DNA from: Paraglomus brasilianum
Taxonomy: Eukaryota
Reading direction: 5' to 3'
Length of the DNA stretch: 64,000 bases
Assembly (NCBI GenBank): GCA_910592345.1
Contig: CAJVPI010000033.1
Coordinates: forward strand, 1-64,000
Under the pieces are notes generated by a model that was not told where the DNA came from, made no database searches, and was given only the letters and a program-made list of their open reading frames with translations. Positions 39,850 through 51,945 of the stretch are shown piece by piece. Each line of letters opens with the position of its first letter. Position 1 is the first letter of the stretch. The position numbers and the translations under genes were made by a program.

Positions 39850-42300
39850 TAATCATTGTTTACGAAAGTCTCAGTGGTATATAACAATCCCGTGCCATTT
39901 TTAATGCTCCTATAGTCCCGATCCAGGTGAACGTTTCAGTTACGTAGTAGTTAAGGCCGATATAGATTTTTGAATCGCTTTCTGTATTTTCTTTGAAAAA
40001 TAGCTGGAAATATTTTCTAATACGCTTTTGGAAATAATATCTGTTATGTTCTGAAGAAATGACTTATCTTTGGCTGTGGCATTAAGACGTTCTAATGTAT
40101 CATCCATTCTTAACCATTCTTGATCATTGAGACGTAATCCTGGACCTGAATATATTACACCTGGTTCCATCTGACTGGGTCGTAATAACTCTCTGCCTTG
40201 TGACTGGGGAGCGGGTTGCACAGTGTGTGGAATGGGTTGGCTTTCAGCGGAGTTTTTCAATTTCGCTTTTTAGTCATACCTGTATTACTTGTTTTATAAG
40301 AGTCGTTTATGTCAACTCTTGATTATAGTTGAGACGTGACAGGGTGGGTCTCAGGGTTATATCGCTGAACATTAATTCCGCCTTCCGTCTTTCAATTTCT
40401 TCTCATTCTGTATTAAGGTAGAAATTGGATGTTCAAGACCAATGCGAGTTACTTCTTAATTTATTATCATGTGAAATTCCCTTAAAGAATTGCTGTCTAA
40501 CTAACTCCTCCTGATTTGCTTCTGCTAATGCGGGATAAGCTTGTTTAATCAATCTTTTTAATTTCGAATAGAAACGATTTACTGGATCATTACCTTGGGA
40601 CAAAGAATGAAATATTATTTATGACTTTTCTGCAGTAATAGTAGGGTACTCGCGTCGAAAATAATCAATTACTTGGCCAATAGTAATTGGGAGCTAAGTC
40701 AGTTGGCTGTCCTTCCTGGTGGTATCCAATCTTCATCCCATACTGAATGAGGCGAAACTAATGGCCGCGCAGGTAGATTACCATCAGCTGGCGCGGTCTC
40801 TCGAATAATCCGAGCTCTACCTCTAAATCTGACAACATTCATAGCACGTATTTGCATTATTAGTCAATGCGTTAATAGCATGAAGATTTGCTACGCCAAT
40901 ATTTGCGGTAAAGTTTTGTAATTCCCAATTTTTATTTTTAATCCTGCTTACATACCAATCTTTCGCATCGCCTTCAAGACAATTTTCAAAAATTCCATGA
41001 ATTCTCATTCGCATATTATGTCCCGCACCTGGGTCAAAGTTAGCACATTCACGCCATCGGCGAAAATCTCTAATTAAATCTTCTAGATCTGTTGATCCGC
41101 GAAACTTTGGTAGTTCGTATCCTGCCATGTTTCGATTATTATCGTTGGTATTATATGTATATGTAAACCTAAAATTCTTTGGTTTAAAAAATTAATACGG
41201 TCTTCCAATTCTAAATTAGCATCACGAACTAATTTCGATCTCAATTTCCACTTGACATATTTGTCATGTTTATATCTCGTCCTATTTTTCCATTTCGTAT
41301 ATTTTCCATACAGAGGCGCAAAGTGCTCTGCTTCGCAGATAGCACGTGGTTGGGCTTTATTTTTATACCTATTGCAAAGAATTTTGAGAGCAAAATTTTC
41401 AGATAGTAATCGGTTTTTATTTTTCTCATAATAGACTTGCCAGAATGTGTGCATCAATTTTCACCTTTATGGCTTTTCTCCACATCATCCAGTATATATG
41501 CAGTAGCGTTCTGCCAACTCATGGCATCATCAATAGCGATCCGGGTGTTTTCTCTTTCTGCCGCTAACTCCTCTTGAGATTGATTATAAAACTGGGTTAA
41601 TTCGTCTAATGCATATTCGACTAAGTTACTTAGCAATGGATCGGAATTTCTACGTATTTTATTTCTAATTGATTGGCTGACGGATCCAAACATCGTCTAT
41701 CCTCGGTAATCGGGGTTAGTATTAGCCATTTCTATTTGATTAGTCAATATTTTTCCGAAAAAAGATAATTCACGAATACTTGTCTTAAGTCTGGATATAT
41801 TTTCTTCATATTCAGAGATTTGACATCGATAACTGCCCGTTTTCCTTTATTGAAGACCAATTCTAGTTGAAAGCAAATTTGATATTTCTGCGCTTTTAGA
41901 ATCGTACGTAATTGAAATCCAATATACTATTTAATAGTTACACTTACGATTGTGGCCATGCAAATGACAAAGGGAACGTGAAACCATAATGGGTGGTGTG
42001 GCTTGGCAATTGCGTTACCACATAGTTCCACAAATAAGCACCCGCTTATTTTTGGAGTTGCATATAGAAACATTGTGGTACTCAACCAATGATAATTGCG
42101 TAATTGAATACCACTATTGGTCAGGTGAGAAACTCCCCACGCGATTAAAAGTCGGATAGCTCTTATCTCTTCCTCTAATATTTTCCTCAGTTTGTTATCC
42201 TCTTTTTCCCTTGCCAGTCGATTATTATTCTTTTCCCTTCTTTGCCTTTTCATTATCCTCTTCTTTGTTTTCATTACTCACAATGACTTCGGCTCAAGGT
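39850..42300 (-). mobile_element. Decayed retroelement-like region: gag-like ORF with upstream coiled-coil ORFs; pol not seen
   Basis: MAGYELPKFRGSTDLEDLIRDF...FENCLEGDAKDWY..., then frameshifted LSQGNDPVNRFYSKLKRL...VRQQFFKGIS, typical of retrotransposon gag. Multiple stops. Confidence 0.6.
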
Positions 42301-44199
42301 TTGTTGGATTCGTAGATAGTCAGTTTGCGATCTGATCAACTGTACTAATGGCTTTTTTATTGTTTCAGAGGCAGACAGACTCATTCCTGAAACTGTGGAC
42401 GAAATAAACGTGGTTGAGGATAAGAAAGCATCTGGTTCGGCTTCAGTTATGCCAAAAAAACTACAAAAGATTCTTAATAGTCTGACCCCGAAACAACGGG
42501 AACTCTATGACAACGCGCCCAACGACCCCAAAACTGCCTATTTAGAAGGAATTTATGAAGAAAAGAGAAGAGGGGTATGTGACTATATGTTTTGACGACT
42601 ACGTCTCCAGATTTTTTGCTAACATAGTATTAGCTACGTCGGTATTTGCGTTACTAAATACATAGGGTTTCAGTCTCACTATAATTATCATTGCGGTAAC
42701 CACACTCGCTATTGGGATTAATGTTGTGAGCAGACTGGTCAGTGGAAACGAATATTTGATCAATGTATTCACCATAGTAATAAATAGTCTGTCTTCGGAG
42801 TTCAGGCAATCGCCAACTTAATAAGATCACGTGACCTATACAAGCAAAGAGAATTTTTCAAGTTAAGCTTGGTTCTCGCCCTATTAGTATAGGCGTATTA
42901 TTAGCAGTACTGCTAGGATTATATTTAAACCCAACAATCCTAACAATTACGTGATTACCGGCAAGCTTGTTATTTTCTAATGCCTTTGCTCAATATTTCA
43001 GCGAATAAATTTATTGTTTGTATCAGTTAATCAGCAAGCGACTCTGTGTTTGCCTGCTGCTTAACGGTGTCGAGACTTACGTATTCCTCCGTGATTTCCG
43101 ATAAGTTACACCGACATTTCCAAGCCGCAGCATTCTCATTTCATAGCCGCTCAAAGAATGTAGGACCAAGAAATGAAACATATCGGGTCAGTTACACTAG
43201 AAAAGAAACAGATTTCACCCGATGCGGACGGATTTGTTTCTTTTAATTTAATCCTCGTGTATTTATTGGTTTTAGAGTATAGAGCAGCGCAGTAGGCGCA
43301 GAACTCGAAATAATATATAAGCAGTCGTAATTTCCTTAGCAAACGGTGTCTTCGGTTGAATGGATTCGATCTTGAATCTGATACTATATTCCTTAATATT
43401 ATTAATCAAATAAACATAATTATCCAAACGTATGTTTTTGTATTCTCTGATCTATATTGTGGAGCGCCGATAAAGCTTGAAAACGCTTTCTTGATCGGCG
43501 CTTGATAAAATCGACCTTGTCCTCGATTTTATCCTCCCTTGACAATAAAGACTTATAATTAATTCAGATAGCGCAATTGTTAGAAAAGTTTCCCAATCTA
43601 TAGGCTTTCGACCGAGAAAAATAGACGTATTTACTCGAGGTTAATTATAAATCCAGAGAAAGCGTACGCGAGAATCGAACCTAGCATCGTGAGCGTTTAA
43701 ACCCAACTTAAAGGTCACCAAACGTCAATAGCGGATTTACCGAAGTAGAGGTAATCAAGGCTCTCGTTGGAAAAAGGCTAAATCCCAAGGTCAATATTCG
43801 TTCCGCTCTCCCCCGAGTATTGGCTCGACACATCATCGACCGACACTTATTCCGGTTAAACCAGTTGAAAATGAGCCACACAGCTCAGAATTGGTAATAA
43901 AAAGACCATGGTGATGAAAATAAAGTTTCAATATACTGCACAAACGGCTGTCTTTTTCTTCTGACAATGTCTCACCTTTCAAACCCGGTCCCGTCTTTAT
44001 TGACTCTTTTGGCGATAAGGAATCTATTAACTTGAAGTCGCTGAAAAGAAACACAATATAATATATAGTTAATGTAGAACCTCATTGCCTAAGCACAGAC
44101 ATGTCATATTTATTATCGCTAAACCGTTGGATAAACTCACATAGGCCATAAATTACAAGTTTATTCAAAAAGAGTTTGAGTCACAGTCACTAAATTATA

Positions 44200-44620
44200 A
44201 TTAGATAAGAGTTTCTACTCTCCTTTTCGAGATGTTATAAAGGTCGTATGTTATTGCGAAAGATGGTGTACTACATGTTGTCATCAGAATCATCCTCGTC
44301 TACCCCTTCGACAAGGTCGACAATATCATCCTCAAGTCCCTGTGCATCTGGACGCTTATCAGAATCAGCATCACAACAGGCATCGTTGACCGCAATCCAT
44401 AATATCACATACTAAATCTCTATCTAAAAGGTGGTTCACCAGTGTCAATTAAACACATAATGATACCAAAAGAATATATGTCTGATTTCTGAGTAAATTT
44501 GCAAGTATAGAAGACTTCCGGTGCAATAAAGGGTAAAACGCCTCGGATGTTTGAATGTGACTCGCGTGAGTTTGTTGGATTGCGATATAGTATGTTTCTA
44601 TAGGCTTCGGGTTTAGTTTG
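44200..44620 (-). pseudogene. Tyrosine-kinase-like protein kinase C-lobe relic
   Basis: NIRGVLPFIAPEVFYTCKFTQKSDIYSFGIIMCLIDTGEPPFR*, then shifted DRDLVCDIM and CCDADSDKRPDA. In-frame stops; no N-lobe seen. Confidence 0.8.
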
Positions 44621-44830
44621 ATCACGTAAGATTTGGTAGACGCCACAATAACAGTGATTAGTAAATAAATCCGACGAACAAATTGTTTAGAATTTTGTAA
44701 CCAGTTTATAATCAGCCGTGCAAATAGATGAATTCGTATTGAATGAACCAAGTGTCTCTGTTCTTGTATGTTAACTGAAACTATCATGGTATCCTCAACC
44801 CTAGCTCTTGCCGATCCTTTAACAAACCTA

Positions 44831-44856
44831 TAATAATAATAATAATAATAATAATA
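44831..44856. repeat. (TAA)n microsatellite
   Basis: Direct read. Confidence 0.9.
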
Positions 44857-45014
44857 CCTACCCTTTGCGCAGATTAAATTAATCAATTGTTACGTCATTA
44901 TGCAGCAGCCAATCAAATTAACGGCTTTTTTTACGCCTATTGTTAACATTGAGAGTGCTTATAGTATGTCCGAGGTTACTGAGCCGCCCGAGGGTAAATA
45001 GACTGGAGTGAGTC

Positions 45015-45060
45015 TGAGGATGAGGATGAGGATGAGGATGAGATTGAGATTGAGATGAGG
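45015..45060. repeat. (TGAGGA)n/(TGAGAT)n hexamer microsatellite
   Basis: Direct read. Confidence 0.85.
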
Positions 45061-45490
45061 CTGGGATAGGAAAAAAGCCGATCTATTAAATAAACTTGCA
45101 GGACATGTCAATTGTGAAGAAGACAAAGGCGAACGTTAGGCAAATGAAAAAGGAAGGATGCGCCATACAATAATCTATAGTAGGAATGAGATCCTAGTCG
45201 TAGATCCTCGATCGATGTTGGACCCTGCCCCATTTTAGAACCCTACCTGGGAAATTCCTTCTATTTATGTAGGAGTTCTTTGTCCCTCGTTGGGTATGAT
45301 ATGCACACGATCCATCTTTTATCTTATTTTAATGTTTAGTGCTGGTTACACATAAAATAGGCTGGTTAATATTTCTTCGTCCTCAGCTCAAACAGACTTG
45401 GAAGTCTGCTGCCGCTCGACCTCGTTATTAGGAGCTGCAATTATTTAGTTGTATTAAATTAGGTATTATTAAACAAACTCATAGAAATAG

Positions 45491-46891
45491 ATGTCACACT
45501 TAGATTTGAACCCGGAAGACTGTCAGACAAATGAGCGAAGTCCACTCGAGTTGGGAATTGATGTCTTTATTACTCTGGGGTTGTTAGTTAGCTATTTACC
45601 ACAGGTTTGTTTCTGGAAGCAGAACTGAGAGTTCGTTATATTCCGGTTTATGTTCGTTTTAGCAAATATCTCATACATACTATAAAATTAGCACTACAAA
45701 ATCATCAAGTTTAAGAGCAGTGAAGGCATTAACCCCATATTCTTGCTGTTGGGTACTTTATCGGCAACTTCAAGTTTATTCAATGTCATAATCTTGGAGT
45801 TTAAACCCATTCAATGTTGCTCTTTTGTGGTATGCAATCTGTTAAGCATGGTTTTATGTACTAGACTTGACTAGAACTCACTTCGATTGCTGTTATCCAG
45901 AGTGCTGTTGAATGCGCCAAGAACACAATCTCGGTTATTCAGTTAGGAATTCAGTGGACTATGTTTGTCCTAATGTATCCTTTATCTCGTTGAATTTCGC
46001 TATCGGTCTCTATCTTGGGTCAATCCGTCCTTGACTTCTTCTCTCTCTAAACCCACAGCTTGGTTCTGTTTCTTATCTATTTTCCAGCACATCGTAAACT
46101 CGCTCCATACAATCCTCAGATTCACTACGGTCGCCCACCTATTGCTCGTTCACGCGAGTGGAAGGTGTCTATTACCGTACTATATTCTGTCATAGTCCAT
46201 TTTTTATTGGTCCTGTCGGTCACCGTTTATCTTTTGGTTCTGGTTGGTGATTCTAGTCAAAGGGAGACTTATTTGTGGGCCGGATTCTTGGGCGTTATTT
46301 CGATGATGATGGCATCGGTGCAATATTTACCCCAGATTCATACTACTTGGAAGATGAAGGTCTGTGATGGAGACGGGTGGCGGGGACATTTACTATGCGA
46401 GAGGGGAAGAATCGAGCCGAAGTTAATGTAACTAACACTGTGACTCGAACGCTGTTTATAATGTTTTAGGCTGTTGGAGCCTTGAGTATTCCAATGATGC
46501 TTATGCAGACTCCTGGTAAGTCATACATCAAGCGTGGTCATTACCCTTCATATTGTCATCCAATGCACTAATTTAATCTCTTCTTAACCTTTTAGGCGCG
46601 TTCCTTTTTGCATATTCCCTTGCATCGAAAGAAGATAATAATTGGACCACATGGATCGTCTTCTTTGTAACTGGCTGTCTGCAAGGCATTCTCCTTATCA
46701 TGGCTATATGTTGGCACTTCCGTGCCAAAAATATGGGATATGGTCCCTTCGACGTTACTGACGCTGAGGTTTTATATGATAGTGATGGACGACCTATGAG
46801 GCCAGGTAGACGTTCGTCTGCCGGTGAGCGATCGCCCTTGAGGCCAGATAATCAACCCAATTATGCGGCAGTTATTAATGAAGAAGATTAA
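45491..46891 (+). CDS. PQ-loop repeat membrane transporter, multi-exon
   Basis: GLLVSYLPQ/HYKIIKFKSSEGINP and ASVQYLPQIHTTWKMK/AVGALSIPMMLMQTPG. About 7 hydrophobic helices. Cytosolic tail ending AVINEED*. Confidence 0.9.
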
Positions 46892-48145
46892 CAAAGACAG
46901 TGGGGAAAATGGATACTAAAGGTGTATAAACTGCTAAACTATTTTTTCACGAGCAAATAAATACGTAGGGGCTGGTTCTTAATTATGAAGGACAGTTTAC
47001 CTTGTTGATAAGAACGACTGACAATGACGCATCTAATAAGTGCAGTGATTTCGTTGTCCGTGTGTTCTTCTGAACGTTGTAGTAAGTTCTGGTCGTCCTT
47101 ATGGATTGCTATGAAGCGAATATTCCAATCCTATACCGAGACTTATTGTTATGTCCTATGAACTTAATCACGTAATTTCCCCTCATTTAAGATGTAAAGA
47201 GTTAGTGATTAACATAATCTTTGTCAAGAACCATGACCCTGATTCACATATATCAATTCAATATTACCGTGTATATGGTACGAGCCATATATACTATTGC
47301 GACACCTCACCTACTCGAGTTTATCGGACATCAATTATGGTTTCTCCCCTAGCGCAATACCAATCGCGTCAGGCTCAAATTGATTTTTCATTCTCCTGTT
47401 GAGATGATGGGCGGAAATCTGTGCTACAGTCGTCGTTTAATACATTATTACGACTACAGGTTGCAGGTCGTTTAAAATCACCCAGACTTGATCCGACGAG
47501 GTAAATTTGCAATTTTACTAATTCTTACTCAAGACTTAAAGATTAATACATTAAAATGACTTTCAGATGAAGTGTTTGCGCTGATCAAAAGATATAATAA
47601 GATATCATAACAGGAGAAAAACCAATGAGTGATACCAATACCAATAGTCGTGGGGGTAATCAAAAACTTTGAACACGTAATTTTTTATTTCTCAATTTTC
47701 ATAAACAAAACTTCATTTGAAAGATAATAAATTAATAAGAAATCCTGTTTTCAATTGTTTTCATTGAGCTGCGTATTGACTAATTATAAGTGTTTTCAGG
47801 AATATGTTTTCACATCGATCGAGATTTTTTTGGTATTAACTCTTGATGCGTGGTTTATTAGGGTTAATCACGTGTCAAATCATACAGTAGATATTCAATT
47901 GACTTGTGTAACAGTGATAGTGTTGTTTTTCCACTAGGATCCAGATACACTAACTAGTTAGCTCGCTCAAATCATTCTCCTGTTAACCAAAATGACCATA
48001 ATAATTAACTTTGCAAGTTAACCGAAAAAGTTTTTTTTTTTAATCAGATCGATATGAATAGGATCGACATCACGCATGGAATACTGGAATATAGAATCCC
48101 AAAATTTTAGATACGGATCTCATCCATCTTCCAACCTTGCTCGAC

Positions 48146-51100
48146 ATGACTTTCAAGGCAAAGGTTCTCGTACTTCCAGGAGACAACGCTGGACCAGAAG
48201 TGGTGGCCGAAGCTATTAAAGTATTGAACTTGATAAATAAAACACGAAATAATGTTGAACTTGAAATTACGAATGGTTTGATTGGTGGTGCCGCTATTGA
48301 TGCTGAAGGTAAAAATATAGGTTATCCAGCCACTTTTTACAATATAATCGTAGCAAAAAATTGGTTTTCACACTCTTTCTGACAACAGGCACTCCTCTTC
48401 CCGAGAAAACTTTAAGACTTGCAAAAGAGTCGGACGCCATTCTTCTGGGTGCAGTAGGTGGACCACAGTGGCCGCGTCCAATTGATTTGTCTGATGCGTC
48501 CAAGGGACTTGGACCACGTCCAGAGCAAGGCTTGTTGGACATACGCAAAGCATTAGATCTATATGCCAATCTACGTCCATGTTCATTTGCAAGCGATTCT
48601 TTGATAAAATATTCGCCTTTAAAAGAGAATGTTGTCAAAGGGACTGATTTCACGATTATAAGGGAGCTAGTTGGTGGGATTTACTTTGGAGAGAGGATGG
48701 AAGAAGACGGAAATGGAAAAGGTGAGAGTAAAATAATAGAATATGCGAATATGTAGTTTACGATGCTTATTCTAGGTTTACGTAGTCAAACACTAACTTA
48801 CTAATTCCAATTCAAATAGCATATGATACTCTTCCCTATACCGTTTCCGAAATACGTCGAGTAACACGTTTAGCTGCTCATCTATCTCTGCAAAAGTCCC
48901 CCCCTGCTCCAATCCATTCGATCGATAAAGCAAACGTTCTCGCTACGTCTCGGCTGTGGCGCAAGATAGTCACAGAAACATTGTCCACAGAATTTCCTTC
49001 TATTCCGTTTGACCATCACTACGTAGATGCAGCAGCAATGTTCTTGGTCAAGAATCCAACTAAATTAAATGGAATCATCTTAACTGGAAATCTTTTTGGT
49101 GATATTCTAAGTGATGAAGCGAGCGTAATTCCTGGCAGTTTAGGATTACTTCCGTCTGCTAGCCTAAGCGGACTACCCGATGGAAAAAGTAAATGTCTCG
49201 GACTGTACGAACCAATACATGGATCAGCCCCTGACATTGCTGGTCAGAACATAGTCAATCCCATCGCTACCATTCTTTCATTGGCTATGATGTTTAGGTA
49301 TTCTCTTAGTCTTGAGAGAGAAGCGAAAGCTATAGAAGATGCAGTAGAAAAAGTGCTCCAAGACGATGAATTTGGCGGATTTGAATTTCGCACTAAGGAC
49401 CTTGGAGGCAATAAGACTACATCCGAAATGGGTGATAAAGTAGTTGAAGTACTCGAAGGATTTCTCGAAGGCCTTAACTCGGAAGACAGAATATCGGCTA
49501 CGACTCCGTCACGTGGATTGCTTCTATCGAGACCATCTGGCAGAAGAGGAATGACTTTGTGCGAAAAGATTATCACACATGCAGCAATTGGCCTTCCTTC
49601 TCCCGGGCATGTCAAACCAGGCGACATGGTTTGCGTATCAGTCGATTGGACCCTTGCCTCAGAACTCACCTGGAAGGGAATGGAGAAAACATTTGACGTC
49701 ATGGGTCGACCAAAAATTCAACGGAACGATCGCTTCTGGCTCGCCATTGATCATACTGTAGATCCGCGGATAAATCATCTCCCTAAACCAACCGAGTTAA
49801 TCAACGCATCTGAAAGCTTTGCAAAAGAAGCAAAACTAGTCGACTTTTACCGCCCTAATCATACGATCCTCCACACCGAATTTTACCGTGAGCGCGCACA
49901 ACCTGGTCAAATGATCATTGGTGCAGATTCACACTCATGTTCCGCTGGAGGAGTAGGATCATTTGCTGTTGGATTGGGTGCAGCAGACGTAGTTATGCCC
50001 TTGGTTACGGGTGAGACGTGGTTTAAAGTGCCGGAGACGGTAGAGATACGGTTTGAAGGACAGCCACCCTTTGGAATTGGAGGAAAGGATACTATTTTAT
50101 ATGTACTTGGCGTATTGAAGAGGAATACTGTTGCATTTGAAAGAGCAGTGGAATATACTGGACCTGGGCTGAAGTATTTATCATGTGATGCGAGATTTGC
50201 TATTTCGAATATGTCAACTGAGTTTGGTGGTATCGCTGGTGTGTGCCAACCCGACGAAATAACAGCTACGTATATAGCTAAGCGTAAAAACCCTGCACAC
50301 AAGAATGCTGCTCTATACTTCAAAGCTGATCCGGATGCAGTATACGCAGAAACTCATATAATAGATTTATCAAAAGTCGAATCACTCGTCGCGCTTTATC
50401 CTTCGCCGGACAACGTTGCGTCAGTGAAAGAAGTTGAAGGAATGAAACTCGATGGGTGCTTTATTGGTGCATGTACTACTGCTGAAGAGGATTTGATTCT
50501 TGCTGCATTGGTGTTGGAACAGGGCCTGAAGAAAGGATTGAGACCGTCAATCAATGCGAAGAGAAAATGCACGCCGGGAAGTCTGCCAATTACCGCGAAA
50601 TTGAGAAGATTGGGATTGCTAAAGTTTTACGAACAGGCAGGCTTCGAGATTGGGGCACCTGGATGCTCGTATTGTATCGCTGTTGCTGCAGATAAAGCTG
50701 GTGAGGGAGAAGTCTGGCTGAGCAGCCAGAATAGAAACTTTAGGAATAGGATGGTGAGTTATATGTATGCTAATTGAAAGATAGTGGATGTGTGCAAGAA
50801 AATAACAAAAACTTCTTTTTTTGATGTGCCTTAAAATTAATCTGCTCAGGGAAAAGGAGCAATTGGTAATTTGGCGTCTGCAGCAACAGTAGCGGCATCC
50901 TCATTTGAGATGGCGGTCCGAGACCCACGCGACCTTTTAGATGCTATAGACAAGGCAAAATATCAAGAATATCTCGAAAACTGGCTTGATGAAACAGTCT
51001 CAATTACAGTTTCTGAGCCAAGTCCCATCCTTCATGATTCCAGTAGCACTAACGAATCCGGCACACATGTTACTTCACCTGCACCATCCTTTTCCACCAC

Positions 51101-51754
51101 TGTCACTGGCAAGGTGCAGAAATTTGAAGATAACATAGATACAGATGCCATAATTCCTGCCCAGTTTATGCCTGGGAAGGATGACCAAGATTTGGGTACT
51201 CATGCGTTCCAGTATGTCAGGCCTGAGTTTGTGCAGAAAGTGAAGGAAGGAAATACTATTGTCGTTGCTGGGAGTGGTTTTGGAAGTGGATCTTCACGAG
51301 AAGAAGCACCTAGAGCATTAAAGGGAGCTGGTATCAAGGCGGTTATTGCAAAGAGTTACGCATACATTTATAGTAGAAATCAGGTATGACTATTTGATAA
51401 TGTGATTAACCAATGTTTATCTGCTCTTCAATATTCATTATTTTATTATTCTTCACATAGCCAAATATGGCGCTTCTCGGCATAACTGTCACGGATGAAG
51501 AATTTTATAGTCTCGCACAGGAAGACGTAGAAGTAACAATTGATGTCAAAGATCGTAAAGTGAGGTGTCTTGGGAAAGAATTTCCATTTGAACTATCGCA
51601 GATGGAAGAGAATCTTATTGCAGCTGGAGGTGTTACCGAAATGTACCAAAAGTATGGTGCCAAGCTGTTTAGAGCTGCTGTATCCAATGGTACTGGTTGC
51701 GCTACTGAAGCTGAAAGTGGACGCGAGTGCGGTACTGCAGAATTGGCGTGGTAG
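48146..51754 (+). CDS. LEU2: Fusion: 3-isopropylmalate dehydrogenase (LeuB/Leu2) plus aconitase-family isomerase (LeuC-like and LeuD-like swivel domain), ~1085 aa, 5 exons
   Basis: Exons 48146-48308, 48389-48721, 48820-50753, 50850-51383, 51461-51754 (3258 nt, in frame). IPMDH motifs [65 protein letters not shown]. Then [69 protein letters not shown]. Confidence 0.93.
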
Positions 51755-51945
51755 TTGTATATGTAAAATAACATTATTGTAAAGTCTTTTCAATGTACTG
51801 TATTATTTGTTAAAACGTCGAACCACAACTCTGATTGTATAATTCTATTGCAAGATGGGATTCTGTGTGCACTGAAATGTCTCTTGATTCAGCCAAGCGA
51901 GCTTGCTAACTATATAAGTAAATAAAGAATACATCTTCTATATGA

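Noticed and set aside
1508..51754. AACS, GLN1 and the LEU fusion as an amino-acid metabolic cluster
   Set aside because: Separated by tens of kb of unrelated housekeeping genes.
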